In this document: in pieces, positions 30,601 to 42,600 of the stretch
Layout of the letters: each line of letters begins with the position of its first letter
How positions within the stretch are numbered: position 1 is the first letter of the stretch
Source: Marsupella aquatica
Lineage: Eukaryota > Plantae > Marchantiophyta
Assembly (NCBI GenBank): GCA_973895155.1
Contig: OZ316893.1
Span: 23,210,015-23,274,014 of the forward strand
DNA: 64,000 bases
Direction of reading: 5' to 3'
Notes under the pieces: model-generated
The model's database searches: none
The model's input: only the letters and a program-made list of their open reading frames with translations
Told to the model about the DNA's origin: nothing
Program-made: the position numbers and the translations under genes

Positions 30601-33600
30601 TTGGAAGGAATCAATGAGGACGTCATCACCAAACCCCTGCAGCAAACCATCCCTTTGACTAATTTGAACATGGCGATACAGCTTTGCACGCTTCTCGAAG
30701 TAATTCTTGGTGATGGAACTCTAGTCTCTACGCCGCAAGTATGTTACAATCTGAACCTTCAGCCCTGGCCGAAAATATCGTTTGTAAATTGGAAGACATG
30801 TATCGTAATAACCACTCGAGAGAGACTTGAACTAAGAGCAGAATGCATTGGGCACAGAGTCAATCATTCCCCTATCTAATTGGGGCATCCCCTGCTTGAC
30901 GTGACATTACAGTTAGAAATTTCAATCAAGATTCAAAGCAAATTAAAGTCCTTCCATCTTGGGAATTCTCCAAATAAAAGCCCTAGGGCAGGTAGTGCAT
31001 TCGGGCACTTACTTGGACGATTTCCTCACGGGAGGCGCATACCTTACATATTCTTCTATGGTATTATCACTCTGAAATGTGGTTACAATTTTTCCCAGCG
31101 AATAGGAAAGGATGAAACTTCCTGAAATCAAGAGTTTGATAAAGTTAGTCAAGTTCGTAAGAACTCTGAAAGGTGGCGCGTATATGAAACACAGTTTTGA
31201 GATCTCACAGTTGGTTCACAACAGGCGATCGAAGCAGTCTTCATCTTCTCGACGATATGGTCCATTGGAGCAGGCGTAGTGCAAAGCACAACATGTAAGG
31301 ACCGGGATCGTTTTGACAAATTCGTCAAGAGCCTTGCTGGACTTGGGACGAGTCCCAATGACCCTTTGCCCCCAAATCAACTCCCAATTGAGTCCCTTTA
31401 CGAGTTCTGCTTTGACATTGTTGACCTTCAGTGGCGATCCTGGAAAGTGATGGTTCCGACTTATGTGGTAAGAGAACCATTCTCTATCCTTCCACATTTC
31501 TAATGTCGTTCCAAAACTGTCAGTCTGGACTGTGGGACGATGGTTCTCCAACCAAATCAATGACAGTGTCTGCTGATGTTCTCTTCATTGTCTGAAACTT
31601 ATTAGTGGTTAAAAGATGCAGACTTTCAGCTACTAATGATGCTCATCCTAAACATTTGAAGGCTCTCTTGCAACTTGCAGCCCCCGCCGGACAAAGTCTT
31701 TGCCAAGATTCTTGTACCAACTGTGGACACAGTGCGATCAACATGGCTCTTGAATACTCTAGTTCAGGTACCGAAAAACTGTATCAAATACTTTCTTTGC
31801 ACTATCTATACTCAAATATGGTCTTCAATGTCAAATACGCACAACAAAAAATTACAAATTTCCGCAGTGATCAGGGTTACTGCACTGGACGAGGATGAAA
31901 GAAACATCCAGGTACTGGCATTAGTCATCACAGATTGTAATGAAGGAAACACTCTCTGACTGTAGAAAGATTGTTCCCCAAACTCTCTGGACTGAGAGAT
32001 AGGGGCTTTAATTTGCAGTAAGATTTGAAGCTACCTACTGTGAAGAGATCCTTCTCCACGTGAACAATACAAGATATATTAAAGAACTTTAGTAGTTGGC
32101 CTGAATATCGAACCAATAAAAATCTCGTCGTCCACTGCTCCAGCACTAAATTGATCAGCTGCTAAATCTAATGATTACATTTACTCTCTGCAGGCTGGGA
32201 GAGCTGTACTTTTCGTGGGGGAGAGTGGAACAGCAAAGACAGTCGTGATACAGAAATACTTTGGCACCCTGCCTACTACAGGATGGCTGATATTGGCCAT
32301 GAATTTCAGCAGTCGTACAACCTCCATGGATGTGCAGAGGATGATTGAAGATGCTGTTGAGAAAAGGACAAAGGTTACCTCCTCCTTACAAACTGCCCCC
32401 CACCTTAGATGATCCTCCCTCCCTGCCCCTGTCAGAGACTTTTCTGTATTTGACAAAGTCGGTTCTCCCATATCATCTTTCAATGGCTAATCTATCCTAA
32501 TTATTATTCCTATGTGTCCTCTAATTACAATTTCGGGACTTAACATGAACTAGAAAGCACTATAATGCTTGGCAACTGCCGTACTGACATCCTTTCCGAT
32601 GTAAGAATCATGGGAACTAAACTAGAGACTTTGTACCCATAGATCACTTCAACCATAGTACCGCAATCCAGACTTACCAGTTAACGAACTGACTGAGTGG
32701 GATGCCAACCTCTAGACGCCCATTCGTATCAATTCTACATTCAGGGTTTTCGACCTGATCGATGATGATACTCCTTAGATCCCGTTCATCTGTAGCCACC
32801 ACAACCCACACGACAGAGTATGCCGGTCTGAACCCGGCGTGAACGATTTCGATCCCGACTTTAACGTCAGCACTTACAGAGCTCGTCTCCATCCAGATTT
32901 TCGCCTCAAAGTACTCCTGGTTCTCTATATGATTGGTGGTTACTCCATCATCATCAATCAAGGAGATTTCCGTTTTGCTGCTGTTTGGGCTGTCAAGAGG
33001 AGAAGGGAAGAGGAGTACCACTCTCTCATCATCAGGCACTTCTGCGGTATGATGCATAAACTTGCCCAGTGGAAGCATTCCCCCCTCCGGTACGAAAACA
33101 GGGGGAAGGGCTGCTTCAATTGGAGCTTCCACAGTCACCTCTCTCCCACCTCGGAAAAATTTACCAGTAAGAAAACTAAACCACCCACACCGATTGTCTA
33201 CCTCGTGATTTTTGTTGCTAAAAATGTTAGCCACCCTGGAATTGGAGAATGTATCCACCTCACCCTTGAGAGGATAGTCAAGAGGGTCAACCACTGGCAA
33301 GAGCCTTGGGAGATAGACAGTTCTGGTGAGAGCATCCTCATGCCACACCGGAGCAACCAGCAGGCAGCTCCCAAGCATGTACTCAAATCCTAACTCGAAA
33401 GTTCTGGGATCATGCTGGAAATGCCAGAACAAGGGCCTCATGATTGGCCAAGATGTGCGTTGGAATTCCACATGGAGTGCATAGAGGTAAGGAATAAGCC
33501 TCATTCGGAAGTGCATGGAGCTCCTTATCCCGGTTATCGCGGATTCATACATCCAGGGCTCAGTCACTGTGTTGTCCGAATTCCAAGAGTGAATGCAAAA

Positions 33601-36600
33601 CCTAGGATTCAGCACACCAGCCTGGACCCATCGCTGAAGCAGTTCAGCTGAAGGTTTGGGCCCAACGAATCCCCCTACATCATGCCCATATCCAGCAGGA
33701 AATGCAGAGAGCCCAGCCGAGAGGCCCATGGGGATGTTGAACTTTAACGTCTTCCAGTCCGTGCAGTTGTCTCCAGACCATGTTTGGGCCGCAAACTGGT
33801 GGCACCAAGGAGACGCTGACCGCGTCACAACAAAGGGCCTCAGCTTGGGAGACCACTCTTGCATTGCCTGGTACGAGCATTGTGCCATGAGCAGAGTCTG
33901 GATTGGGGCTCCCACCTGCCTGGCTGGCTGGGGCTGCTTGGAGGCAAATCTTTCGTTTGCCACGGTGGTCTCCACGTCCACGGGAATCTCCATAGCAAAG
34001 GTGTTGGTGTCATCTGTAAATGTGAACTCATTATTATCATTCCAACAGCCTGAGATTCCGTATTCCAACAGAGATTCCTTCACCGATTTCTTCCAGAAGT
34101 TGTAACCTGCTGAACTGGTGAAATCAATGTAGGATGCAGAGGAGCAAGTACTTGCTCCGGCACTCCACTGCATGACTCTAGCAGGCTGGTCCGTTTCAGC
34201 ATCCCAGATGAACCCTTTGGAAGCTTTGATTTGTTCGTATTGTAGATGTCCCTCCAGCAGCCATGGTTTGATATTTGCAATAACATTAATACCCTGAGCT
34301 TTTAGTTTCGCAATCAGCCTCTTGGCATCAGGGAATCGCTTTGTGTTCCACGTAAAAACACACCTTTCTCCCTGCTTGTTGACTGTGTACCCGGAAGACA
34401 GGTGGAGTCCATCACAGGGGATGTCATGAAAACGGCATAGCTCCGTGAACGCTTCAATTCGCTCTTGTGCATCTTCAGCTTCCGTATAGTTCATGGAGGA
34501 TGCCAGAAAGCCGAGTGAGTACCGAGGAGGAAGAGATCTTGGATGCCCCATGACTGATGCAAACCCATCCAGAACGGCTCGGGCAGATGGGCCGAAGAAT
34601 AGATAATAATCCAGGGGACCACATTCCGCATGGCAGTACCGATAGGATCCCCAAAACTGCGCACAGCCAAAAATGACATACCACATGAGCCATTGCAACA
34701 AACTGAAGTATAAGGAGCGTAATTTAGAAGTAAACTATAAACTATGACATAAACTACAGGTCTTGCGTTTGTGGTAGTATAGCCCACAGCATCAATTTCA
34801 GCTCCGAGGTCGACCACAGTCCGGGACATGTTATTGTAGAAGAGTCCATAGGCAATTCCGGTTTCTTTTGAGAGTGTCAAGTAGAAGGGGCAGTGCTTGT
34901 ACAGCGGGTCTGTTCTCTCAGCATCATAACCCATTGAATCAAACCCCTCTAGCCTGAATCTTCTGCCATGAAGGTTGAGGTTGCCGGTCCGTTCTCCGAG
35001 ACCACAGTAGACTTCACTGGATTTCCGGCACATATAGTGGAAAACTCCAGATCCATCGAAGACGTAGGCGCGATTTCTTATGTCCTGTGCGAATTTTGTT
35101 GAGGAACTTGCTTCCATCCAGCTTAGGCTCAACCCATCAGCATAATCCACCTTAACGTGCAATGATGGAGTTCTGATGTGGACCATTTTTTGCTGATCAT
35201 CATGGTCGATGCTCAATTGGATAGGCGACTCAGAGGCCTCCCAACAAGCAGTGGTGCAGTTCGCAGGCGAAAATAGGACCCTCACCACTTTGCTGCTCAC
35301 AAACCGAATTTGAAAAATGTTTTCTTTGATACCTTTGAAGGTCACTGGGTGCATGAACTCTGTGACATAAACGAAACCCTTGGCCACAACTTGCTTCATC
35401 TTGTCATACACTAGCTGGTTTGGAGTCCACTGAGACTAATTATCTGATTGACTGGCTGAATGAGATATCCCTCCTCACCAAGATGATCAAGGAATCTGCA
35501 AAATCAACAGAACATTGCAGAGTGACATCAGGACATCAGCTTGACTACCCGAGGAAACTAGCGACATATAGGACTACAGAAAATCAGAATCAAAGAAGAT
35601 CTTTTGCAGGAGATGAAAATGAACGCATCCTGAAAGTCAAGGAGACACAGCTTTGGAGTCCGCCAAGAGTGCTTTCTTGCAAGGGAAATATACATAGGTT
35701 GCCCATAACGAAGAATGAATTGACGAGTATCCCAAAGATGTCCCATACCAAAGTCTCCAGATTCCGATCTCAAACTTCTTTAAGAAATACAAATCTAGAT
35801 ACACAACTAAGTAAAGCCAGCCCTTTGACTCCACTTACTATGTTTATGAACAGGACACTTATGGACCACCAGTGGGGAAGAAAATGATAGTGTATATTGA
35901 TGATCTCAACATGCCAAAGGTTGACACTTATGGCACACAGCAACCAATTGCTATGCTGAAGCTTTTCGTGGAGAGAGGTGGAATATACGACAGAGGGTGA
36001 GTATAAACAATCATTACGCACTTACAGAGTCACATTCCTATCTTATAGTCTTCCGCATGAGATAGATAGCAGATAGGAGTATTTTTCTTCTGCCCGTGTA
36101 TTACTACACATGTATATCTGCCTGTAACATTCGCGTACAAATGTGAACAATTCTGACACAGCAGCTTTCTTTTTAAACTTGGAATGATCAGGAAAGATCT
36201 CAATTGGAAGAACATCAAAGATCTGCAGTTTGTCGGTGCCATGGGACGTCCAGGGGGTGCAAGAAATCCTGTAGATCCCAGATTTATCTCCCGTTACAGT
36301 GTGATCGAGATACAATTCCCAGCGAATACGTCTTTGACTCACATTTATAACCAGATACTTGAAGCTCATGCTAAAGTTCTAAGTCCAGAGATTCAGGTTT
36401 GCCTAGAGCCTTTTGCAATGATTTCACAATGAGTCGTTTCCGTGAATTTTCTGTTTTACTGCCCCACATCGTTGTGGTTCAAAAATCCTTGCCGTTAACT
36501 TCGCCCATCATCATGCTTTACTTTGATCATAAGTGTCTGTCACTCACAGCAGTTCACTTTGTAGAATTGGGAACTGGCATAAATAAATCTTACTAATAAT

Positions 36601-39600
36601 TCGCGAACGGAAGCTACTGCAAAGGCCTACGGGGTCTAGAGTGAAGCATCTAGACCGTGACTCTACTGTAACTCACAAAACACAGAATAAAAGATGAACC
36701 GAAACAGCTAGAAATAGTTTTTTGTGCAAGTTACCTTTTCGTCCTCATCTCTTTCCGTTCAAGGAACGGGTAGTCAAGGCTAGTGTGACCAATAACTCGA
36801 GAAAACTCCCACCATGATCAATGCTTTGCAGGCGTTAACTCCTACGATCGCAGAGATGACTTTGACTTTGTATGGATATATCATAGAGAAACTTCCGCCT
36901 ACCCCATCTAGATTCCATTACATCTTCAATCTTCGTGATCTAAGCCGAATTTACGAAGGGTTGACACTGTCAACTCCAGACAAATTCAAGACTGCTAACC
37001 AGATGATCCGTTTATGGAGAAATGAATGTTTGCGCATATTTTATGACCGCCTGATCAACGATAAAGATAAAGATATTTTTACGGTAAATTGAGACTCTTT
37101 CAACATGATTTGCAACACAACTAAGTTGACAGTTTAACGTCAACGTACCAGCAGTAACCAAACAAAAAAACTGCCTAAAAGTAAGCAAGGATAATCATCT
37201 TTGTAGCAATTGAACTCCAATGCAACAGACTTTTAGTGAATTCCGTGAAAAGTCTGTAGATTCCCACCTGTTCTTTGTTGCAGCTATAAGTTCTTAAGTC
37301 ACCCTTTTCAGTGATGGCTTTCTTTGTCTTAGAAGCACAGAAACCTGAAAGGACAAGAGTAACAAGTACCTGCTGTAATTGCAGAGTAAAATGAGCGAAA
37401 TTCTCGCTTCCAAGCTCTCAGAGACACCAGCTGCAGTTGACTACATTTCTAAGAATCCAATAATTTTTGGGGACTTCCGCAACTGCTTGAGACCTACAGA
37501 ACCCAGGCTGTATGAAGATATTGGAGATTTTGAATTTATGAAGCCTCACTTCGAGGAAGTACTGGATGACTACAACATAACTAATAAAAAAATGAACCTG
37601 GTGATGTTTGAAGACGCGCTTGAGCATCTTACGCGCATACACAGAATCATGCGGTTGCCACAGGTAAATCAGGAATTAAGTAGTAGAATTTTGTTCAACT
37701 TGATTACGGATTGTAAATGGAGAACATTTAGAGGAATTAACGTGCGTTTTTTCGATCATACAGGAGTTGGATAATGGAGGGTGGCTGTGATTTGTAGGCT
37801 CACGATGAATCAATTTCTAATCATTGATTGCAATTGTCGTTTTTGCAGCTAGATTAACATGGCATGTCGTTGTTTGCTCTGTGGGGGTTAGGGCAATGCC
37901 CTTCTTGTAGGAGTGGGAGGAAGTGGCAAAAAGAGCTTATCAAAACTAGGAGCATTTACTTCAGGGTGTAAAGTGTTCGAGATAATTCTCACCCGTGGCT
38001 ACAATGAAGAACTATTCCGGGAAGACCTCAAGAACCTGTATGGTATGCTTGGCGCCCAGAATCTGCCTGTAGTCTTCCTATTTACAGATGCACACGTCGC
38101 AGACGAAGGTTTCCTGGAGTTGATCAATAATATGCTGACCTCTGGAATGGTACCTGCTCTCTTCAAGGAGGATGAGAAAGATGGAATGATTAGCCAGGTA
38201 CTGTGTCACCTTCCTTCTATATTATAAATAGATTGCATGCATAGATTGGAGCTATTAAGAGGACGTTGCTATTGTGAGTGAGAGGTAGGGCCCCCAGCAA
38301 TATCAAGCAGATTCACATTCATTCTGATCAGACGGTCTTTTGTAATGTTGTTCAGGTGAGGGATGAAGCTGTCGCCCAAGGAACCGTAGATTCCAAAGAA
38401 AACGTTTGGCAATACTTTATCAACAGGTGCCGAAGCAACCTTCATATCACACTAGCTATGTCGCCAGTCGGCGACACTTTGAGGACCCGCTGCCGAAACT
38501 TTCCTGGCATGGTACGTTCCTACTCAAATATGTTTTCGTCCGTCCGTCGACACTTAGATCTTACAGCACGAGAACTGATGACTGCCTTTACCTTGCATGC
38601 TCTACTTTCCTTATTAAGGGCGAAGGTCCATAACTGTGTGACGCGTCTAGGCTGTGTCCATTATATAGTGGAAAAAGCATTCAATCCATTTTCTACTGCG
38701 ATGTGATCTCCTCATCTGTCTACCTCGTTACACAAACACGTCAAAGAATTGGAATTTGGAGAAAACGACAATACATCGGCAATGTACATGACATGGTGAT
38801 TGGGTACATGACATGATGGATTGGGTACATGACATGATGAGACACCACACCTCTGAGCACTCATGATGAGACACCACACCTCTGCATCTCTCTGATCCGT
38901 CACCTCATTATGAAATCTTGTCAAAGTTTATTGCAAGCATTCCAGATATGATCGCAAAGGATGACCTCACATGTGAGTGCTGCACTGAACAAAGTCTTAA
39001 AGCCAGAAACCTGTCGTTTATTTATCCCATTTGGAAGTGTTAACATACAGACGCTGGGCAGGGAAGGGCGGGGCAGAGAAGACTCTCCTACCCAGACTCT
39101 ATCTCTGCCCAAGTAGAATTGCTACTCCAGCAAAGCATGGGGCCCAGAATATGCATTTGTGGGTAGCAATAGTCAAAGCCCAAAACCCAAAGGACCGTAT
39201 CCTCACTTCTCCTATTTGCAAGGTGTTGTGGTCACTGTGCCGCTGGGCAGAGGGAGACCAAACTGTATTCAATCTCTCTGCCTCTGGTGGAATTACATCT
39301 CAAACCAAACACATCAGGCCAAGCATTGCGGGAACTAATGGAACTATGTCACTAGGACAGGCCCAACAAAACTGGTAGATTTGAGGGCAGCCATTTCGAT
39401 ACAAGGTAGAAGACTAAGACAATCGGTCACTGGCGACTTATCGAAACTACAATTACTCTGTCGATATCCGAGCTCACCTGTGGGTTGGCACTTGGCACAC
39501 TTTCCTAAGCAGAGATGGTGGACTACGGTTACTACCCACATATAGATCCCCACCTAAAACTGCCCGAAAAACTGCAAACTATTTTTAGAATGGGCTGGCT

Positions 39601-42600
39601 GGCTGGTTAGCCAGAAGAAAACCTACCTCATAATTTAGCGACAGAGAGTCCGGTCGCCCATCTGAGTAATCCAACGCAAGCCTCTATCTGCTACTCAAGC
39701 AAAGCGCCCGCTGACATAGTCATGCAGCCTCCGACTCTGGACTGATCCAGATTAAGACTTTTCGATGCTCAGGCACGGGTGCATCGAGAAATTACGTGTC
39801 ATCAAAATGCAAGAAATGTCCGGTTCCACGGTTCCGGCTCAACACTCTGATCTCATGTACGAGGGTAGATGCACCAGAATTGCTTAATCCAAGAGACCAC
39901 GGAACCCCAAAACAGAAGGCAATGGACAATAAATCCATGCAGAGAAGAAATAGCTTGCCAAACGGAATTGAGTCAAGAAAAATGGGCCTCTACAGAGATA
40001 TGTAGAGAGCTGCTTAAAACGTAAACGATGAAAATCAATGATTGAAAGTAACGTGCTTCGAGAAATACGTTACATTCAGTGACACGCCAAATATCAATTT
40101 TGAATTTCCTAAAGGAAGTTGAATATGTGCTACCCTGGCTACGCCGAAAACCCGATAGAGGAATGACACGAAGAATATAACAAATTTGATGGGTCGGTTT
40201 CAACAATTTACATTCAGATCAAGACCATCACTCAGACGTAGATTGCAAAAGGAGGCCAGAGTCAACTACAGTCAACATGAGCTGGATTAAAATAACCATT
40301 TTCCAGACAGAAGGTTGAGATAATTGTACTGTACATTGAATGGGGACATGAATGTTGATAGCAGGAGAGGGGGAAGAAACAGAGAAAGGTGTAAATCCTC
40401 CTTGCCACACAGCACCTTTCACGCCTCCTAATGTGAAGCAAATTGTAGAACTGAGAGGCAATCATATAGACGTGTGGAACAATAGTGAAGAAGTAGAATT
40501 GAATGAAATTCAAATCCACAGAAGCTCAAGTGCCCTGACGGACAAGGGGGCAAGAACAAGAAGGCAAAGGGAACTTGTCAGAAAAAACTGAAATGCAAGC
40601 AGCAAGAAAGGGGAGAAACTAAAACACAAACAATCCAAGGGCACAGATGCATTATTGTTCTAGAAATAAGCTTACCTCAAAGAGGAAAGGTTCCACACAC
40701 CACTCGAAGGTGTAGATCCATCCTGTTTCTTCCTTCTCTCGCTGCTTTTTGATCATGAAGTGGGAGAGCGATGAGAAAGGCTCTCATCCTAGCAAGTTTG
40801 AGTCTCTCCACACTACTGCTCCTCACTGCTGGAGCAACTCAAACCGAAAGAGATCTCAACAGCAGCTTTCAGTCCTGATATATCCAACGAATATCCGTGA
40901 TATTCGCAGCATCTTCACCCTATTGAAAATCATCAAATAACTTGTACTTTTGTCCAGTTTGGGGGATCTGAAGTGTCGGTAGACGGCAGCAGCCGCTTGT
41001 AAGGGAGACCCGGCTTGTTCCTTGTTTACTTCACAGAGAAGGTCTTGTTTCCACTACACATCTTGGCTCATCAATATCTGACCAAACTGGCTCAATTTTC
41101 ATATTCAGTGGTATATTATTCTCCCTCCCCATCATCATGCCTGCCACCCAGCCACCCCTCCCCTTCGAATTCCTTCCTCCTGGCAGCAGATAAGGACAGG
41201 ATAGGTCGTGATGAGTTATATTGGGTAGTTAGAATCCTGGCCAGATATCCTGAAATGTTGGGTAGTATCTCGCCTGCAGCACCCAAGTAGCCTGGCCCGT
41301 CGTACCTCGTAGGTTGGTCATTTGTTGAATCCAAATCATCAGGGTCTGCTCCTGACTGGAGGGATTGGTTAGAATGGTTGGATTCATTGATTGTTACAAT
41401 CGCAGACAATTAGAAAACTGGGTTTATTCTCTCGTTGGCAAATTGCCCTTTGGAGGAGTCTCGCCGACTCGAAAGATTCGCTGGATCCATGTCATGGGTC
41501 TGCTTGCTAAATAGGTGAATTGTTCAAATTCCAAACACTACGGTAGTGTAAATTGGAATTTTATTCTCGTTTGGCAACCTGCCTTTCCTTTCACATTATG
41601 CGCCACTGCCCTCTTTTGGGTTTTCAGTGAACTTAAAAATAAAATAAATCAATTCAGTTCCCTTGCCCCTTTTGTTGAAGTTTCGTGAGCTTAAAAGAGA
41701 ACTCAAATCAAGTTACTCGCTCCTCTTGTTGGCGTTTCGTGAACTCAAAAGAGAGCTCGATTCACTTTCCTTGCCCCTCTAGTTGGCGTTTCGTGAACTC
41801 AAAAGAGAACTCGATTCACTTTCCTTGCCCCTCTAGTTGGCGTTGCGTGGATTTGAAAGAGAATTCTAACTTCAATTCTTGGGTTGCTTTGGCTTCGGGA
41901 AACTGTCTCCCGGTTTGGCGTTTTTGTTCTTTTGTACTGTAATATATATATACTTCAATTCAATATGAGGTGAAGGTGTGTTGAAAGGGGAGGTTTGTTT
42001 ATTCAGACTCACAAATGAATTCAATTCAATTCAATTCAATGCAATGCAATGCAATGCAATGCTCCTGTTGGGTCGCCCACGTTTAGGATCCCGTGCCACA
42101 GTGTGCATGAACTCACCTACCTTGACCACTTTGCATGAGGTGAGCAAGGCGCCGGATGGGGACACGTTTGTCACATGCCCAAACATAAGACGAATTGAAA
42201 TCTTGGTTTTACAGCTCCATCCATCGTTTTGCAAGCATGCACATACTTCTGGCTTCAAGCAGGAGTCCAGCCAGAGTCCATTACTCCGAAATAATAAGTT
42301 AGATAAGAACGGGAAGCCCCTGATGACGTGTCCCACGCTGGGAGGAACGAGCGCCAGCGAACCATGATTCACATGTCCGAATTTGGACACGCCCACTTGT
42401 TCTGCGTGTTTGTTTGTGGGTCAAACACATCGGTGAGATGCTCTGCTGAGTACTCATCTTCCAAATGTTTCGAGTAATTGTGGGTCAGCAGATTCTTCGC
42501 TGAGTACTAATCTTTATTAAGATGTTTTCCGTGATGGTGGGGCAGTCAGAGGCTCAGCTGAGAACTCGTCTTTCCTATGTTTATCGCTTTCGAGGTCAGT

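Noticed and set aside
32839-34105. Plus-strand ORFs of 184 aa and 149 aa inside the dynein intron
   Set aside because: They are antisense shadows of the GH31 CDS with no recognisable motifs.
34491-34787. Overlap of the two long minus-strand ORFs (306 aa and 675 aa), suggesting a frameshift or two genes
   Set aside because: A canonical 131-nt GT-AG intron (34787-34657) joins them in frame into one GH31 protein.
37910-37940. AAA4 Walker A reads GVGGSGKKS rather than GKQS/GKT
   Set aside because: The AAA4 P-loop is commonly degenerate in axonemal dyneins, so this is not evidence of pseudogenisation.
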